A DNA stretch of 64,000 nt from IMG/VR virus record IMGVR_UViG_3300034062_006954, positions 1 through 64,000 of that record. The stretch is one strand, 5' to 3'. This document shows positions 59,136 through 64,000 of the stretch, piece after piece. The stretch's first letter is position 1, and the number at the start of each line of letters is the position of its first letter. The position numbers and the translations under genes are program-made. Origin of the DNA: a virus. The notes below the pieces were generated by a model, which made no database searches, had not been told where the DNA came from, and was given only the letters and a program-made list of their open reading frames with translations.

Positions 59136-59210
59136 GTGGCATGATGGGACTCGAACCCACACATACATCATCCACAATGATGCCCCTCTACCAATTGGGG
59201 TACATACCAC
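59136..59210 (-). tRNA. tRNA-His(GTG)
   Basis: Loop TT-GTG-GA, G-1:C73 eight-pair acceptor. Confidence 0.9.
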
Positions 59211-59218
59211 ATATAGTT

Positions 59219-59294
59219 TGGTGGTGATGATTGGATTTGAACCGATATAAAACGATTTTCAGTCGTTCGCCTTGACCAACTTGGCAACATCACC
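59219..59294 (-). tRNA. tRNA-Phe(GAA), CCA encoded
   Basis: Cloverleaf, loop CT-GAA-AA. Confidence 0.9.
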
Positions 59295-59301
59295 ATAAAA
59301 A

Positions 59302-59469
59302 TTATTCAGTCTCAAAACAATGATATTCACTATAACCATCATAACTCTTAATTGTCTCACCATTATAATTTACATTGGATAAAGACATAACATAAGACAA
59401 ACTTTCTTTGAATCCATTAAGGATAACTACTTTAACACCCATCTCTTTAAGTTCGTTCAATTTATTCAT
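59302..59469 (-). CDS. 55-aa hypothetical protein (not in ORF track)
   Basis: MNKLNELKEMGVKVVILNGF... Confidence 0.55.
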   Translation of the reverse strand: MNKLNELKEMGVKVVILNGFKESLSYVMSLSNVNYNGETIKSYDGYSEYHCFETE

Positions 59470-59684
59470 AGTTATTTAAATTTTATTGTTTAAAAATTTA
59501 GAGTAAGTATCCACCACGTTTAAGGCTGGCTGTGGACAGTGCTACCTACGACCTTTCCTTACTCTACAATGATTGTTTAGTCGCGGGGAATCCATCTGCC
59601 GCTTATTACTAGAATCTTGTGGCTTACTTACTATAGTTCAATCCGTTACCACTAGGAAACCCAACATTCACATTCATTGTTCTA

Positions 59685-59715
59685 CAAAGGTACGATTTGT
59701 TTTTTGATTTCCAAA
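59685..59715 (-). promoter_or_regulatory. Bacteroidota-type promoter
   Basis: TTTG-N19-TACCTTTG. Confidence 0.75.
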
Positions 59716-59768
59716 TATCTTTGTAAGTTTTTTTTTTTAAAGTGGTGAAATTCGACCACTTTAGATTG

Positions 59769-59841
59769 TTCCCCCTGATGGAATCGAACCACCATATTCA
59801 GAATCAAAACCTGACGTAATAAACCTTTATACCAAGGGGGA
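59769..59841 (-). tRNA. tRNA-Gln(TTG)
   Basis: Cloverleaf, loop TT-TTG-AT. Confidence 0.9.
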
Positions 59842-59911
59842 GTATATATTTTCCCACGATTTCAACGAACTATTATTATAACTTTAAAAGAACAACCAAA
59901 GTTCCAAAAAA

Positions 59912-59946
59912 CAAAAAAACCCTGAACTTTTTATGGCTCAGGGTTC
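59912..59946 (-). terminator. intrinsic terminator after 28-codon ORF, ahead of tRNA array
   Basis: AACCCTGA/TCAGGGTT stem with T-run. Confidence 0.8.
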
Positions 59947-60111
59947 TATTTTATAAAACTATTATGATTATATCCAAATCAATACCTTAAACCATTATAT
60001 ACGTGTCTACTGACCAACAAAAATTACTTTGCGGCAGAATCGAACGTTTAATATGGTTTATTGTGTTTTTCATTTTAAGTAATAAATATATAGTTTTTTT
60101 AAAAAGTAAAT

Positions 60112-60630
60112 TTAAATTGCGATTATTTCAAAATTTCCTCTAGCATTTTTTCTAATAACAAATCTAATAACATTAGGAATATTGAATAATCTAAGTCCAC
60201 CATTGTTTAAATTAGCACCATTGAAATAGAAATCACCAGCAGTTAAATTAAGTAATCTCTGGTCACTTGGATATCTGTTTGCAAATTGAATGTGATCCAA
60301 AACCTCAGGAGTATAATTAGCAAGATACATACTATATGTTACTCTCATATCACCTCTTAATGGGTTCTTACCACAGAATACATCTTTTGCAACAGAACCT
60401 TTTTGTGTTAAAACACCAGTATCAAAAATCTTATAAGTTGATGCCAATCTTTCAAAAACAAAAGAACAATTGAAATCAATATATGATTTTACTACATCCA
60501 ATCCAAAGTTTTTAGCTTGATTAATTTGATTTGCACTTGATGTTGGACTTGAAGATAAACTACCATTTCTTTGAGCAAAAAGTCCAACAGAAAGAAATAA
60601 GAATAATGTTAAATATTTTAAAGTTTTCAT
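60112..60630 (-). CDS. secreted hypothetical protein
   Basis: Signal peptide ending LFA-Q. Confidence 0.75.
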   Translation of the reverse strand: MKTLKYLTLFLFLSVGLFAQRNGSLSSSPTSSANQINQAKNFGLDVVKSYIDFNCSFVFERLASTYKIFDTGVLTQKGSVAKDVFCGKNPLRGDMRVTYSMYLANYTPEVLDHIQFANRYPSDQRLLNLTAGDFYFNGANLNNGGLRLFNIPNVIRFVIRKNARGNFEIIAI

Positions 60631-60653
60631 TTGAATTTGGTTTTAATTGTTTA

Positions 60654-61172
60654 TTAAGGAATAACTTGCATTGATTGTAGAATCCTTCTACAAATATCAC
60701 CATTAGTTGTTGAACGTCTATCAACAGGGAATATTGCTATACCATAGAATTGCATAGTACTACTTGCATTATAAACACCCATACTCCAAAAGTTAATTTT
60801 TGTAGCCCCATCAGTAGCCGTACCATTCATCCAATAACCACTCAGACCACCACTTAAAATAACAGCAGATTCGTCAACGTTAGTTACATTTGTGTACTGA
60901 GCATTGATTGAAGTCATACCCATTTTTGCCAATTCAACCGCGTCAGAAACGTCAATAGAGGCATCTTCTTTAACTGGTCTTAAAAAGAAAGTTAGACCTC
61001 GTTCTGTTGAATTAATTGAAAACTCAGTAGTAGTATTTTTAACTACCTTAAAATCCGATGGTGCTTTGAAGCCCATCTTGTAAAGTTTGTAATTGAAGCT
61101 AGTGTATTGTGTTTGTCCAAAACTAACCACCGCCAAGCAAACCATTGCTAACACAAAAAAAATTCTCTTCAT
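60654..61172 (-). CDS. secreted protein, PsbP/Mog1-like fold possible
   Basis: Signal peptide ending SFG-Q; FKAPSDF start and ILQSMQV end. Confidence 0.65.
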   Translation of the reverse strand: MKRIFFVLAMVCLAVVSFGQTQYTSFNYKLYKMGFKAPSDFKVVKNTTTEFSINSTERGLTFFLRPVKEDASIDVSDAVELAKMGMTSINAQYTNVTNVDESAVILSGGLSGYWMNGTATDGATKINFWSMGVYNASSTMQFYGIAIFPVDRRSTTNGDICRRILQSMQVIP

Positions 61173-61213
61173 TTTTTTAAAAAAAGTTTTAGTTTAAAAA
61201 TTTATTTATAATA

Positions 61214-61503
61214 CGGGATAAATGTTTAAAAAAGTTTCAGATTTTTTTAATGAGTAATTGCTGAATTTATCCCTTGGTTATAAGTATATGTGATATGAAA
61301 AAAAAGAGAAATGTACCAGAGTGATTTTTGGTCATTTTTTAGTTAAAGTTTTAACTATGAGGAAAACCAACCTCTGTCATGGTTTTGTAATTGTAGAATT
61401 TTGGATTTGCTGAACTCACTCTTTCTATACATTTCTCTTAAAGGTCAGGGTAGTGTTTGTTCAAGTTTGCAGATTGATTTTAAATTTGCTGTAACTACCC
61501 TTT
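61214..61503 (-). repeat. three tandem stem-closed CAGCAA units (61446..61503, 61317..61422, 61214..61275); candidate small RNAs
   Basis: Each: AAG-stem5'-T(A/T)CAGCAA-variable loop-AAA-stem3'-G, with different but complementary stem sequences. Confidence 0.75.
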
Positions 61504-61509
61504 AATGTT

Positions 61510-62907
61510 TTAAACTTCTATAATAGAATATCTTTCTGAATTAATTGTTTTGTTCATTATAGATATTGGAGTAATTTCTTCACCACCTAATACTGACTTT
61601 ACAATACTTGGTGACAAACCTGAAATCAATGCCACACCTTTTTCATCATATCGTATTGGAAAGTTTTTGCTCCTTGATTGGATATTCCAAAATATGATTT
61701 GTGGTAATGAATATCCACTATCATTATACAATCTATTAATCATTTGCATAGCACTTTCAGAATGTCTTGAGGCTTCATTAAACTCCATATCAGACATAAT
61801 CAATAGTTTTGATGGCATATCTTCAGGCTGAAGATTGTGTTTGATAGCTTGGTTCAGAATGAGGTTGAATACTGATTCTAAATTAGTAGACATCCCCCAA
61901 TCTGACCTAAGCATTTGATGATAACGATCTTTAAGATTACCATTAACTTTTTCAAGTTTTGGTTTCTCAGAGAATGTTATGAAAGCATCTTTGAACACAC
62001 CTTCATTTCTTTCTGAAATATATAATCCTAAAGAAGTCGCAACATCCATACAACTAATACTTCCCGATACGATTGAATTCATCGAACCTGAAACATCAAC
62101 TACAGGTAAAATTCTTTCAGTTGTACCTTCCATAAAATTAGGTAAAGATTTCCATTGCTCATTTGCTAATTCCCATACACCTTCTTTCAAAGTTTGAACA
62201 ACGTTGTATGGATATACAGCACCAGCATTCACTTTGGTTTCACCTTTCTTTAGTTTTTCTAAATACTCAGAAAATCCAATTGAATCGTGTTTAACAAAAG
62301 CTTTTGTGTATCTACTCATAGCCAAAGATGGAGTTTTTGAATACTCAATCTCAGTCCATTGGTTAGCACACATCTTTTGTTCAACAGTGTTAGAAACCCC
62401 AACCAATAATTTACGGAGGTTTTTAGGGGTGACATTTAAAGTCTTTCTAATTGCATTAAATATTTCACCCTTTCTTGGTATCCATTTTGCACATAGACTA
62501 TTTTCTACAATAAGTCCACTTACATACATTTGGACAGCCGCAGCTTCCAAAGGAGTACCAAAAAGAACTGAAAGATCATCCCATCTACCAAAGTATGGTA
62601 TTGCTTGTATGTTTTCACTTACAGCTTTAGGATGATTCTCCGCAAGATACTTGATGATATCTCGGAAGATTTGTCTTTCACCTGCACCACCTCTAACATC
62701 ACGAGCCCAAAATAATATTTTTAGAGCCGCCAATGGATTCTCATTAAATGCCTTTGAGAAGTTAGAGATAAGTCTATCCTTATCTTGTCCTCTCATTGCT
62801 CCAATTGTGAAGAACAAGTTTACACATTCATTCAATGTTGAAGAATTTGTAACCATCCCATTTTCAGTCAGAGTGTCATTTGTTTGAAGTGCTTCGATGA
62901 AGTTCAT
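61510..62907 (-). CDS. DUF2828-type TROVE/Ro60-like protein with C-terminal vWA domain
   Basis: TENG, RDVRGGAGER, GRWDDL, AKWIPR; MIDAS VDVSGSM, T in STNL, SDMEF; IFWN. Confidence 0.85.
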   Translation of the reverse strand: MNFIEALQTNDTLTENGMVTNSSTLNECVNLFFTIGAMRGQDKDRLISNFSKAFNENPLAALKILFWARDVRGGAGERQIFRDIIKYLAENHPKAVSENIQAIPYFGRWDDLSVLFGTPLEAAAVQMYVSGLIVENSLCAKWIPRKGEIFNAIRKTLNVTPKNLRKLLVGVSNTVEQKMCANQWTEIEYSKTPSLAMSRYTKAFVKHDSIGFSEYLEKLKKGETKVNAGAVYPYNVVQTLKEGVWELANEQWKSLPNFMEGTTERILPVVDVSGSMNSIVSGSISCMDVATSLGLYISERNEGVFKDAFITFSEKPKLEKVNGNLKDRYHQMLRSDWGMSTNLESVFNLILNQAIKHNLQPEDMPSKLLIMSDMEFNEASRHSESAMQMINRLYNDSGYSLPQIIFWNIQSRSKNFPIRYDEKGVALISGLSPSIVKSVLGGEEITPISIMNKTINSERYSIIEV

Positions 62908-62969
62908 ATCGGTTTGTTTAATTGTGTTGTAAATTCTAAGTGATTAGTTGTACTTTGTCAAGTGATTTT

Positions 62970-63161
62970 CTAAATCTTTTTTACTTCATATTTGTGACCT
63001 GAATCAGAATTCGTCTCAAATAATTCTTTCATTTTAGTAGCATCCTCGATGTTATCAAACTCAAGTACCTCACCTTGAGTATCAAGAATAACGACAGGTA
63101 ATGTTGATTTATTTTCTTTAATGTATTTAATAATCAGATACATTTTATAATCTTTTTGCAA
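62970..63161 (-). CDS. hypothetical protein
   Basis: Coupled ORF; start uncertain. Confidence 0.6.
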   Translation of the reverse strand: MQKDYKMYLIIKYIKENKSTLPVVILDTQGEVLEFDNIEDATKMKELFETNSDSGHKYEVKKI

Positions 63162-63417
63162 TATTTTCGATTATATCGATTTCCTCATTAGTGAGAGCTA
63201 ATCGATGAGCTCTTATTTTTTCAGTAGTTTCATACCACATTTTTTCAGTCATTAAAAGATTCTGTGATTTAGAAAATGTCTCCAAAGTTTTGGGTAATCT
63301 ACCTTCTTCAACTAAAATTTGAATTAACTTTTCGATTTCTTTTTCGGAGCATTCATAAATAAAATCCTCAACATCGATGTCTATGTCGGCTTCTACTTCT
63401 TGATAAAATCTTGGCAT
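63145..63417 (-). CDS. hypothetical protein
   Basis: Coupled ORF. Confidence 0.65.
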   Translation of the reverse strand: MPRFYQEVEADIDIDVEDFIYECSEKEIEKLIQILVEEGRLPKTLETFSKSQNLLMTEKMWYETTEKIRAHRLALTNEEIDIIENIAKRL

Positions 63418-63421
63418 AGTT

Positions 63422-63796
63422 TTAATTTTTTAAGTCTTGTATTTCAATTAATATTTCTGTTACTTTTTCAGGTTTCAAGTATCCTATAACATCATCTGTA
63501 ATGGGTGTAGTATAAGTTAAATCACCATTTTTGTCAAGTACAGCTAATTCATATAACCCCATATCTCCACCATATGAAAATTGATGTGATACAACTGAAG
63601 CACCATAACCATTTGGAAACATTTTTTTACATTTTACACCTCCTTCCATTTTTTCAAATTTTAGGGTTTCAAATATTTCATAGTTTAGGTTTAAAATATC
63701 AATGATACGTTGGTAAGACAATCCTGTCATTTTACTTGTATCCACAATACCATTTTCGTTATAAAACCTTCTTAATTTTTCTATTGAATTATTCAT
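63422..63796 (-). CDS. conserved hypothetical phage protein
   Basis: FPNGYGASVV...SYGG..GLYELAVL...PITDDVIGYL. Confidence 0.75.
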   Translation of the reverse strand: MNNSIEKLRRFYNENGIVDTSKMTGLSYQRIIDILNLNYEIFETLKFEKMEGGVKCKKMFPNGYGASVVSHQFSYGGDMGLYELAVLDKNGDLTYTTPITDDVIGYLKPEKVTEILIEIQDLKN

Positions 63797-64000
63797 ATAT
63801 GCTTAATTGATTTTTACACTTGTTACAAAAATTACCACTATCATATTCATCGTTGTTTACCGCCATAATACAACTCATATCACTACAATGTCCCAAACCT
63901 AATGTGTGGCCAATCTCGTGTATGATTGTTTCTCTAAGAAAACTTTTTTCACCTCTTACAATGACAGTACCAGCATTTTGGAGGGCATAACCTCTCAAGT
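63789..64000 (-). CDS. zinc metalloprotease (archaemetzincin-like), 5' part outside window
   Basis: HEIGHTLGLGHC-x4-CIM...FCNKC. Confidence 0.8.
   Translation of the reverse strand, partial: LRGYALQNAGTVIVRGEKSFLRETIIHEIGHTLGLGHCSDMSCIMAVNNDEYDSGNFCNKCKNQLSIYE

Larger units (their letters stand above)
5115..60089. promoter_or_regulatory. dispersed ATATTTAT late-promoter-like motif (about 20 copies)
   Basis: Found ca. 5-35 nt upstream of starts at 5127, 9262, 12449, 57512 (+) and 14794, 18552, 19740, 20453, 24079, 25203, 26684, 28692, 30475, 34526, 35307, 38738, 42001, 42605, 43262, 46599, 60073 (-). Confidence 0.8.

Noticed and set aside
52996-59250. Tracked ORFs 52996..53181, 58289..58504, 58945..59175, 59011..59250
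   Set aside because: They overlap tRNA genes and are artefacts of GC-rich RNA sequence
61214-61503. Possible mini-CRISPR at the CAGCAA units
   Set aside because: Only 6-7 nt are invariant; conservation is in pairing, not in a direct repeat
1-64000. Stop-codon reassignment as in some large phages
   Set aside because: Capsid, portal, terminase and ClpC read through intact in the standard code, TAA/TAG/TGA all end genes, and no suppressor tRNA was seen

Overview
A 64-kb, AT-rich, densely coding stretch of a large (jumbo-type) tailed dsDNA phage with a T4-like head module (terminase, portal, prohead protease, scaffold, gp23-like major capsid), a gp55-like sigma factor and gp5-like baseplate gene. 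Bacteroidota-type TTTG-N19/20-TAnnTTTG promoters, lack of Shine-Dalgarno sites, a bS21 gene and a tmRNA tag starting with Gly point to a Bacteroidota host. Left: sugar-modification locus and PhoH. Centre: structural genes, each preceded by an ATATTTAT motif, a ClpC-like ATPase/UVR protein/peptidase/tmRNA cluster, two HNH genes and a probable lysis region. Right: 24 canonical tRNAs (19 amino acids; no Val in the window) mixed with two aberrant tRNA-like RNAs, several other structured non-coding stretches, repeated promoter-like units and two leader-peptide/terminator modules. The most intriguing element is a DUF2828-type TROVE/vWA (Ro60-like) gene followed by three tandem stem-closed RNA units sharing a CAGCAA motif. 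All calls are by eye, without database searches.
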